Source: Eledone cirrhosa
Lineage: Eukaryota
Direction: 5' to 3'
Length of the DNA: 64,000 bases
NCBI GenBank assembly: GCA_964016885.1
Contig: OZ024755.1
Span: 40,982,001 to 41,046,000, forward strand
The notes under the pieces are model-generated. The model was not told the DNA's origin and ran no database searches. It saw nothing but the letters and a program-made list of their open reading frames with translations. Position numbers and translations under genes: made by a program. Of the stretch, positions 35,138-54,380 are shown one piece after another. Each line of letters starts with the position of its first letter. Within the stretch, counting starts at the first letter, position 1.

Positions 35138-35214
35138 TCGTATCTGATGAAGTGTCGATTAAGAGTCGGGATCCGATCGCATGATCAAACCGATCGATAT
35201 AGAACCAATTGTAA
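35138..35214 (+). ncRNA. Decayed hammerhead ribozyme interrupted by a Helitron (3' strand of stem I resumes at 36029)
   Basis: TCGTAT-CTGATGA-aGTGTCGAT...ATCGATATa-GAAC-CAATTG-TA-A|Helitron|TATGA-AATAAA. Confidence 0.55.
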
Positions 35215-36028
35215 TCTATATATATAAAACTGTGGTTGTCTGTCTGTCTATCGATTTTTGGCACACATCTCCTCTTAGAATCTCTCACGGAATTGCACCG
35301 AAATTGCTACACTTGTACATTGAGCCCTAGCGAAGACATCGGAAAAAAATATTTCAAATTGACCCACCCTATGTGACGAAATCGAATATAATGTATCGAT
35401 TTTTGAGCGTAAGTTATCAGTTATTTCTCTTTGTTCTGTTTACATTGAGCGTCTTACGTAAAAAATTACGCTGGCTTTCTCAGCGTTTAAAATGACATTA
35501 ACACAATACACGAACAGTTGTCGAGCCAGCAAAATATTGACCTGCAAAATTCATCAGTTCGAACACTAAGCTTCCGTTTTGCTTCATTTCCATTTAAAAG
35601 CATTTTAAAACAATATTTTTACTTGAAAACAAGTCTATTTAAAGACTACGTAAAACAAGCAAATATTTCAGGCGTGCAGACAGACAGTCGTGCAGAGAGG
35701 TGATATAGGCGTGCAGACAGACATAACTGATAATTTGGTTACGCTAATGTTTTTCTCTGCGTTGCAGTGTTTACATTTTCGATCTTTGTTAATAAATAAC
35801 CAGTGCAGTTTTTATCCCCAGCATCCTCTTTTGTTATAACATTCGGGTTATCATTATGTTTTCTTAACTTCATAAGGCATATTGTTGGTTGAGGGAATAT
35901 TAATCAAAAACACCACATGCAAGTCTGCACAGTAGACACTACAGTTTTTAAGCCAAAAAAGAAACTTAACATTGTAACTTTAACACAGTTACTGAGCGAC
36001 CCCGAGCAACGCCCGGCTTTACTGCTAG
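35215..36028 (+). mobile_element. Non-autonomous Helitron
   Basis: 5' TCTATATATATAAAA..(GTCT)n and a 3' GC-rich hairpin CCGagcaacgccCGG followed by CTAG. Inserted between A and T with no TSD. Confidence 0.8.
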
Positions 36029-36069
36029 TATGAAATAAAGTTTACAAAAAGGTGCAATTCTTATTGTAA

Positions 36070-36130
<61 letters not shown>

Positions 36131-36151
36131 CAAAGGGATATTTAATATCAT

Positions 36152-36205
<54 letters not shown>

Positions 36206-36548
36206 CAGAAATTCAAATAATTTTGAAAGCCATACAATTCATATATCAAACACTTTTCCCCAGATATTTCACAACGGCTCACGTTCTAAATTTTAACGTC
36301 TTTTCATTTGATTTAACTTAAATCTGACTTCCAAACAAGTCAATTCTGATCGATCTTTTAAGTCTCTTATAATGATACTCCCCTGATAATGGGATTATTA
36401 GATTTCTTTTGTTATGTTAGCAAGTTTAATTGCCATAACCCACCATTGTACTCGATATTTGGGGTAGCAGAGTGGGTAATATGAAAAGATTCAGAACCCC
36501 GACGACTGAGCACCGGCCATTTCGACATCTAGATCTGAACTATATATA

Positions 36549-36726
36549 TAGAGGTGGTAACACAACAGTTAGTTCACCATACCGAGAACAATTGTTTCAC
36601 CTTAGCGGATCCTCAGCTTGTACTGTTTATACGGAATATTCCGTATAAACAGTACGAGCTGAGGATCCGCTAAGGTGAAACAATTGTTCTCGGTATGGTG
36701 AACTAACTGTTGTGTTACCACTTCTA
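36549..36726. repeat. Near-perfect palindrome (~178 bp) centred on ACGGAATATTCCGT
   Basis: The arms are reverse complements with about two mismatches and no spacer. The left end abuts TATATATATA. Confidence 0.93.
36655..36692 (+). ncRNA. Minimal type I hammerhead-like motif (mirror copy on - strand at 36583-36620)
   Basis: CGAG-CTGAGGA-TCCgctaaGGT-GAA-ACAATTGT-T-CTCG. Stem II is weak. Confidence 0.65.
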
Positions 36727-36804
36727 AATAACTCGTCCCATGTACTGAGTACGCTACCACTACGGATATTACCTTCCAGTGATATTACCTCTACACACAG
36801 ACAC

Positions 36805-40110
<3,306 letters not shown>

Positions 40111-40618
40111 ATGTAATAAATTTTAAAAATTGGCATAAAATATATAAATAAATACTTATAATTTGAAGGTTAGTAGACAGACATGTGTGGATGAGTGAAC
40201 GAAGCCAGACAGTGAATATTTTTTTTTTTTTAATATTTTAATATTGTAATATGTAACATTATGGTATTTAGACTTTACATATCATGTTAGATGTCTGTAT
40301 ATTTTTTCTGTAACAACATATTTTTTCTGTAACATCATAATTGTTCCCTGTACCAATATAGTTTTTTTTAGTATTATTGGATTATATTATATGATTGATA
40401 TTTCCTCATTTATTATGTAACCCAGTATGAATCATGTTGTACATATTGTTTATGGTAATTGTTTCTATAATGTTAACATTTTATCATTGTATTTCACTGT
40501 GACATCTATATTGTTTCTGTAAATTAACTGGGGATTATATATTCTACTTTATTATATTGTATTGTATTATATAATTTTGTTGTTTATTATTTGTTATAAG
40601 TTTATTATTTGTTATAAG

Positions 40619-40802
40619 GGCGGTGGATTGGCAGTATCGGTAGAGGGTCGGACGCCATGCTTCCCAGCATAGTTACGTCCCTTTACGATCTGAGTTCAAA
40701 TCCCGCCGAGGTTGACTTTGCCTTTCATCCTTACGGGGTCGATAAAATAAAGTACCAGTAATGCACTGGATAATTGCTGGCCTTGTGCCTAAAGTAGAAA
40801 CA
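40619..40802 (+). mobile_element. Full-length tRNA-derived CORE-type SINE with 15 bp TSD
   Basis: A-box-like TGGCAGTATCGG and B-box-like GAGTTCAAATCC. ATTATTTGTTATAAG is duplicated at 40604-40618 and 40803-40817. Confidence 0.9.
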
Positions 40803-40978
40803 ATTATTTGTTATAAGTGTTTCTTGTAATTATATCATATTATTGCCTCATGTATATTGGGTAGATGTATTAGCATTATTTTCACTATTACCATGCTTAT
40901 TTTTGATATTTTTGATGTTCAAACTTCCAATAGGGCTTAATTTCTGTGTAATAGAAAATAGATATGTGTATTGTAATA

Positions 40979-41018
<40 letters not shown>

Positions 41019-41347
41019 CATATATACATGTATATATTGTACCTTTTGATTTTTAATTTGGAATTTTAATGTTGGTATAGATATATTATTATTATAATGT
41101 ATTATACTGTGTTATATATAATTCCTGCTCTATATAACCAAATTTGTTTAGATTTAAGTTGGTGACTTTGGACTATATTTGTAATATGGTTCTTAATGTT
41201 ATCTACATCCTTAGTTATTATAATTTTATTATTTTTATCTTCATTTTTATTATCGTATATCTTTGTAAGACATTAGTGTATGTAAACTCCATATTCTTCA
41301 GAGTTTCTGGCTTGTATCTGCCGAAATTACCTCTTGTTGTTTTGATT

Positions 41348-41385
41348 GCCCTGATGAGTCCTTAATAGGACGAAACATTGTCGGC
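41348..41385 (+). ncRNA. Canonical minimal type I hammerhead ribozyme
   Basis: GCC-CTGATGA-GTCC-ttaata-GGAC-GAA-AC-att-GT-C-GGC. All core residues are canonical, the cleavage triplet is GUC, and AATAAA follows. Confidence 0.9.
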
Positions 41386-41433
41386 TAATAAAAACTTTTG
41401 ATGTATTAAAGGATTCTTTGTTTTACTCTCTTA

Positions 41434-41462
41434 ATATATATATATATATATGTATATATATG

Positions 41463-41534
<72 letters not shown>

Positions 41535-41554
41535 TATATGTATATATATATATG

Positions 41555-41603
<49 letters not shown>

Positions 41604-41604
41604 G

Positions 41605-41635
<31 letters not shown>

Positions 41636-41670
41636 GTATATATATGTATATATATATATATATATGTATA

Positions 41671-41747
<77 letters not shown>

Positions 41748-41754
41748 ATATATG

Positions 41755-41809
<55 letters not shown>

Positions 41810-42045
41810 GTATATATATGTATATATATGTATATATATGTATATATATGTATATATATGTATATATATGTATATATATATGTATATATATGTATATATA
41901 TGTATATATATATGTATATATATATGTATATATATATGTATATATATATGTATATATATATGTATATATATATGTATATATATATGTATATATATGTGTA
42001 TATATATGTATATATATATGTATATATATGTATATATATATATGT

Positions 42046-42077
<32 letters not shown>

Positions 42078-42284
42078 GTATGTATATGTATATATATATG
42101 TATATGTATATATATATATGTATATATATATGTATATGTATATATGTATATGTATGTATATGTATATATATGTATATGTATATGTATATATATATGTATA
42201 TGTATATGTATGTATATATATATGTATATGTATGTATATGTATATATATGTATATATATATGTATATATATGTATATGTATATA

Positions 42285-42319
<35 letters not shown>

Positions 42320-44032
42320 ATATATGTATATGTATATGTATATATATATGTATATGTATATATATATGTATATGTATATGTATATATATATGTATATGTA
42401 TATATATGTATATGTATATATATGTATATGTATATATATGTATATGTATATATATGTATATGTATATATATGTATATATATGTATATGTATATACATATG
42501 TATATATATGTATATGTATATACATATGTATATATATGTATATGTATATACATATGTATATATATGTATATGTATATACATATGTATATATATGTATATG
42601 TATATACATATGTATATATATGTATATGTATATACATATGTATATATATGTATATGTATATACATATGTATATATATGTATATGTATATACATATGTATA
42701 TATATGTATATGTATATACATATGTATATATATGTATATGTATATACATATGTATATATATGTATATGTATATACATATGTATATATATGTATATGTATG
42801 TATATATATGTATATGTATATACATATGTATATATATGTATATGTATATACATATGTATATATATGTATATGTATATACATATGTATATATATGTATATA
42901 CATATGTATATATATGTATATGTATATACATATGTATATATATGTATATACATATGTATATATATGTATATGTATATACATATGTATGTATATGTATATA
43001 CATATGTATATATATGTATATGTATATACATATGTATATGTATATACATATGTATGTATATGTATATGTATATGTATATATATGTATGTATATATATATA
43101 TGTATATATATGTATATATATATATATGTATATGTATGTGTATATATATGTATATGTATATGTATATATATATATATGTATATGTATATGTATATGTATA
43201 TATATATATATGTATATGTATATATATATATATGTATATGTATATGTATGTATATATATATATGTATATGTATGTATATGTATATATGTATATGTATATA
43301 TATTTATGTATATGTATGTATATATATATATATATGTATATGTATGTATATATATATATGTATATGTATGTATATATATATATATGTATATGTATTTATA
43401 TATATATATGTATATGTATGTGTGTATATATATATATATGTGTATGTATATATATATATGTATGTGTATGTATATATATATATGTATGTGTATGTATATA
43501 TATATATGTATGTGTATGTATATATATATATGTATGTGTATGTTTATGTATATATATATGTATATGTATGTATATGTATATATATCATACACATACATAT
43601 ATATATATACATACACATACATATATATATATACATACACATATATATATATATACACACATACATATACATATATATATATACATACATATACATATAT
43701 ATATATATATACATACATATACATATATATATATACATACATATACATATATATATATATATACATACATATACATAAATATATATACATATACATATAT
43801 ACATATACATACATATACATATATATATATACATACATATACATATATATATATACATATACATACATATACATATATATATATACATATACATATATAT
43901 ATATATACATATACATATATATATATATACATATACATATACATATATATACATATACATATATATATATATACATATACATATACATATATATACACAT
44001 ACATATACATATATATATATATACATATATAT
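41434..44032. repeat. Compound (TA)n/(TATG)n tract with strand-polarity switch near 43585
   Basis: Low-complexity run. Confidence 0.95.
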
Positions 44033-44638
44033 GGTGGCTGCCAACTCGTTTTCGAGTACGGCCACTACTTTATATCCATGTAGGAGAACCCCTACCGATG
44101 CGCTAAACAAGTGTGACTTTTTAGTCCAGCCAGCGACTTGAAAACTCTGGTACAAACACTACACCTGTGACAATTATTGACACATAGTGCTAGGCCCATG
44201 GTACCATGTGATGACAAGTGCAGAGATCTCCAGATATAAAGCAATGCCTGTGCCGTGAAGCTTTTATAGTGAGCAAAGGCACTGCACAAAGCCAGTCCCA
44301 CTCTCTTAACCAAGATGATATTTACCAAAAAGAAGAACAAGTCAACATCATTGGATACCATCAGGGTTGCAGGTGTTATATCAGAGTTTTCCTTCTCCTA
44401 GAATTCTGCCTTGACAAAGGCTAAGGGGTCATCTCTCCCAGTGATTTTGGATGGTCATTGACGCTTAAGAGCTCCTTTGCCCTTTGACAGGTTTTGTTTT
44501 TAGTCTTGCAGGATGTCCAAAGTCACCCTTCTCGCCAAGAAACTTTGGTGGGGTTGCCAGTTTAGTCGCCAACGACCCGACCATGAGACAGGTTGTACTG
44601 GGATACATGTTACCAGTAGCACCAACTGGTGACCTGAC
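44033..44638 (-). mobile_element. ~600 bp non-autonomous RTE-derived element, longest copy
   Basis: The 3' end encodes [23 protein letters not shown] (RTE/BovB-type terminal C2H2 finger). No RT is present. Near-identical to the copies at 49419 and 62544 and embedded in (TA)n. Confidence 0.75.
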
Positions 44639-46119
44639 ATACATCCATATATATATACGTACATACATATATATATATACATATATACATACATATATAT
44701 ACATACATACATACATATATATATATACATACATACATACATATAGTACATATGTATATGTATATACATATGTATATGTATATACATATGTATGTATATG
44801 TATATGTATATGTATATATATGTATATACATATATATATACATACATATATATACATATACATATACATATACATACATATGTATATACATATACATATG
44901 TATATACATATACATATATATACATATGTATATACATATACATATATATACATATGTATATACATATATATACATATGTATATACATATACATATATATA
45001 CATATGTATATACATATACATATATATACATATGTATATACATATATATACATATGTATATACATATACATATATATACATATGTATATACATATACATA
45101 TATATACATATGTATATACATATACATATATATACATATGTATATACATATACATATATATACATATGTATATACATATACATATATATACATATGTATA
45201 TACATATACATATATATACATATGTATATACATATACATATATATACATATATATACATATACATATATATACATATACATATATATACATATACATATA
45301 TATACATATACATATATATACATATACATATATATACATATACATATATATACATATACATATACATATATATATATGTATGTGTATGTATATATATATA
45401 TGTATGTGTATGTTTATGTATATATATATGTATATGTATGTATATGTATATATATATATGTATATGTATGTATATGTATATATGTATATGTATGTATGTA
45501 TATATATATATATGTATGTATATGTATGTATGTATATATATATATATGTATATATGTGTATGTATGTATATATATATATATGTATATATGTGTATGTATG
45601 TATATATATATATATGTATATATGTATATGTATGTATGTATATATATATATATGTGTATATGTATGTATGTATATATATATATATGTATATATGTATATG
45701 TATGTATGTATATATATATATGTGTATATATATATATGTATATATATATATATGTATATATGTATATATATATATGTATATATATATATGTATATATATA
45801 TGTATATATATATGTATATATATATATGTATATATATATGTATATATATATGTATATATATATGTATATATGTATATGTATGTATGTATATGTATATATA
45901 TATGTATATATGTATATGTATGTATGTATATGTATCTATAAATATATCTATATATATGTATGTATATGTATATATATATATATGTATATATGTATATGTA
46001 GGTATATGTATATGTATGTATTTTTATATATGTATATGTATATATATATATATGTATATATATGTATATTATATATGTATATATATATGTATATTATATA
46101 TGTATATATATATGTATAT

Positions 46120-46167
<48 letters not shown>
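44639..46167. repeat. Compound (TA)n tract
   Basis: Low-complexity run. Confidence 0.95.
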
Positions 46168-46849
46168 AGTATGGTACCAGGAAGAAGTGGTCAGAAGGAG
46201 ATATTTAATGAGTGTTCAATCTTTAACATATGTTTCTGTACAATTATATAACCATCTACATCCGCTGACTGAATAATCCAATGCTCAGTCGTGTGAATTA
46301 CGTTTTAATTATTGCACTTGGCCAGAAAGAAGTTAACGGGGGACAAGAGAAAAACATTGTTATACTCCGTGGCGAGGGTTCCACATTTCTGTAATAAACA
46401 TTACTTACTGTTAACAATGCTAAAGTACAAAACATTGGCACTTAGAGAAGCAAAATATAATATACAAATAATAGAAATAGTAAGTCAAGAATAATAATAG
46501 GCAAAGATAAATAAAAATAATAAATATAGGTAGTAAATAAATAAAGAAAAGAATGAAATCCTGAATTACGATAAATATACCAGGTTCAGATAGAATATTT
46601 GTCAGCGATGGGTGAGGGATTTAAGGTATTCCTACACAAATATAAGAAAAGGGTACTTCATAGATGTCGATACATATTCTAGCAGAAATATAGAAAACCA
46701 TAATAAACGCGAGAGAGAATTTACATGACGTATATTCACATGTATTAATAGATGTTGGTTCTTAACATCTATATTTGGTTGTTAATATGTCGTTGTTTAT
46801 ATTTGAACTTGAACATTTTTCTTTCTATGCATGGGCGTCTATGTACCAC

Positions 46850-47780
46850 CGAGTTTTCCAGGTTTAGTTTTGCTCCCGTCAACTTTTCATATTCCTCCAA
46901 GAAAGTGCCGGCCACCTCTATCTATTTCCGATGTGGTCGGCACCATTATGGTGATGTCGTCCGCATAAGTCAACACAGACTTTCCACGTCCCGATTCGAG
47001 CAGAAGCCCGGCAACAGCTCCAGCTTCCGCAGTAAAGACTCTAGAGTCAATACATACAGAAGGGAGGAGAGAGGGCACCCTTGACGGACTGATCGGGAGA
47101 TCTAAAACGGTTCCGAAAGATGGCCATTAACTTTGACCACCGGGCAAATGCCGCTGTGTATTGCTGCGATCCAGCTTCTGAAGACCGGGTCGAAGCCTTG
47201 AGGACAGCCTTCAGGTATCGATGGTCGACCCTATCGAAAGCTTTTGATTGATCTAATTTGATCTAGCCTTATAATGTATCGCATGAGATGGTGGTTGTCG
47301 TGTATGGACTTGGTCGGGATTGCGCAAGTTTGCGCCACCCCTACCAAATCCAAGACGGCAAAAGCATTTTGGCCAAAATCTTAAACTCAGAGCATGGAGT
47401 TATCAAAGGTACCCCTCTTGTTCTCGTCTTTCCTTACCAGTGTCACTACGCCCCGGTTCACAGAACTCGAAATACTTCCATTCAGCAGCCAGTTGCAGTA
47501 GAGCGCTTCGATGAGATCGGAGAACAAGTCCGGCATATCTACGTAAAGCTCATAGGGCAGACCATCGAAACTGGGGCATCGCGAATCCCGGCGAAGTTAT
47601 CGGCCCATCGCAGCACCCAGCATCAGTGGGCGACCGAAAGACACGGTAGGTCATCGAGGTACCATCTCACTCCCACCCAATCCTCCCAAACAGCCGAATA
47701 AAGTACTGGCGAAAGGCCTCACACATCTGCCTAATCGTTCAGCTCACGTTCGTTTCAGTCTATCAAAGACACCGAATTGT
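46850..47780 (-). mobile_element. Degraded Tx1 RT fragment
   Basis: The reverse complement aligns by eye with ~5220-6265 (LDQSKAFDRV, VRQGCPLS, TYADDITIMV). Confidence 0.85.
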
Positions 47781-47943
47781 GGTTGACAATGTCACTACAA
47801 ATAGTCTCAATGATGATGATGATGATAAATTAACATGTGTATGAGTTTATTGCCTTTGTTGGTTTATATATGTATGTTTATATATATATATATATGACTG
47901 AATTTTAACCATCTACTTAGTCAAGGTATGTCATGCATCATCT

Positions 47944-48010
47944 TATTTTATCTGATGAGGACGTACTGTTGAAGATAGCTCAGTACCTCTGAAATATGTA
48001 TAATAAAATA
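47944..48010 (+). ncRNA. Type I hammerhead ribozyme in a Penelope pLTR-like fragment
   Basis: TATTTTAT-CTGATGA-GGACGTACTG...CAGTACCTCT-GAA-ATATGTAT-A-ATAAAATA, with a perfect 8 bp stem I. Confidence 0.8.
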
Positions 48011-48257
48011 TACTTGATCACACGAATGTCTAAATTTGTTAATATTTTGAATTAATATGAATAACTCCGGATAATCAAATCTTGTGGAGTGCTTCTAATC
48101 TATTGTAAAACTTTATTCATTGATTTATTCATTCAACCTTGTTTAACCTTTAAATATATATATATATATATATCATATGTGATATCATACTCTGCTCTGT
48201 AAGAGCATCGAGTGCTCAAACGGCCTACCGCATACGGACGGTTTTACCAGCCTACAC

Positions 48258-48312
<55 letters not shown>

Positions 48313-48389
48313 CGAAGGAAATGTGGTAAGGAACCAGATGGACCGTAACGCACCAAAGTACTCAATACTTAGGGTAGTAGAGTGGGTAA

Positions 48390-48499
48390 TAGGAGCGAGT
48401 AGGACCCCGACGGCTGAGCTCAAGCCGTTTCGACGGCTAATTCAATCCAGAATTAGCCGTCGAAACGGCTTGAGCTCAGCCGTCGGGGTCCTACTCGTT

Positions 48500-48503
<4 letters not shown>
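48390..48503. repeat. Fold-back inverted repeat containing the 3' half of a hammerhead
   Basis: ~54 bp arms around AATCCA. Each arm carries GAA-ACGGCT-tgagctc-AGCCGT-C-GGGG, and the right arm abuts (TA)n. Confidence 0.8.
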
Positions 48504-48540
<37 letters not shown>

Positions 48541-49265
48541 AAGGTATATATTGAGTTAGAAATAAAATACCTCTAGGAAAGAGATTTTTCCGAGCCGTAT
48601 ATTATAATTGAATATAAAAGAAAAACGAAAACAGATATATACACATATGTGTTCAAATCGTAAGGGACCAGATTCGCTAAGGTGAAAAGAATACTAACTA
48701 TAGACAATAGGGTTTCCCTGACTCAATTTAAGAATAAATCAAGAAAATAAATACAAACCGGAATTGTGGTAACTACCAATCACCCAGACAGCTTTGGTAA
48801 TGCTGTTTCGCAAAATTAATTGTGAAGAGGAATGCCAATTCTTGCTCATCAGTGGGTGAAGAATTAGTATCCTAGACACTTCTAAGTATATTAAGAAACT
48901 GAATAGTGTGCGTACATATAATACCGCACATGGTATCAACTTAGCGTGTCTCACAAACTTACACCACTAAAAATAACAGCCAGGTTTATTCGACATTTGA
49001 AATAGCTCAACAAATTAACAGAGCCGAATATATCAAAGGTATATATTGAGTTAGAAACTCAAAATAATCTCTTACAACAAAATAGCTCTAAGAAAGAGAT
49101 ATTTCTGAGCCGTATATTATAATTGAATATAAAACAAAAACGAACTCAGATTTGAACACATATATGTATATATATCTGTGTTCTTTTTTTTTAATATTCA
49201 ATTGTAATATATATGTATGTATATATATATATACATATATATATACATGTATATGTATATATATG

Positions 49266-49299
<34 letters not shown>

Positions 49300-49339
49300 T
49301 ATATACATGTATATGTATATATATGTATATATATATGTA

Positions 49340-49413
<74 letters not shown>

Positions 49414-49418
49414 TATAT

Positions 49419-49860
49419 GGTGGCTGCCAACTCGTTTTCGAGTACGGCCACTGCTTTATATCCATGTAGGAGAACCCCTACCGATGCGCTGAACGAATGT
49501 GACTTTTTAGTCCAGCCAGCGACTTGAAAACTCTGGTACAAAGACTACACTTGTGACCATTATTGACACATAGTGCATCATATTGACCATGTGATAACAA
49601 GTGCAGAGAGATCTCCAGATATAAAGCAATGCCTGTGCTGTGAAGCTTTTATAGTGAGCAAAGGCACTGCACAAAGCCAGTCCCACTCTCTTAACCAAGA
49701 TGATATTTACCAAAAAGAAGAACAAGTCAACATCATTGGATACCATCAGGGTTGCAGGTGTTATATCAGAGTTTTCCTTCTCCTAGAATTCTGCCTTGAC
49801 AAAGGCTAAGGGGTCATCTCTCCCGGTGATTTTGGATGGCTATTGAGTCTTAAGAGCTCC
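49419..49860 (-). mobile_element. 5'-truncated copy of the non-autonomous RTE-derived element
   Basis: Near-identical to 44033-44475, with (TA)n on both sides. Confidence 0.8.
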
Positions 49861-49865
49861 CATTT

Positions 49866-51789
<1,924 letters not shown>

Positions 51790-51874
51790 AATATACTCCA
51801 AATATTTGTCGAGTGCTTTTATATCAGTTATAAATATTTACTAGTTGTAACCCAACAATTTTAAATATAACTTT

Positions 51875-54307
<2,433 letters not shown>

Positions 54308-54380
54308 TCTTTTACTCTTTTACCCGTTTCAGCCATCCGGCTGAGGCCATGCTGGGGCACCGCCCTTGTTGCTACACATT

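Noticed and set aside
40619-40710. tRNA gene
   Set aside because: A- and B-box-like motifs are present but there is no cloverleaf. It continues into the SINE core and tail and has a TSD.
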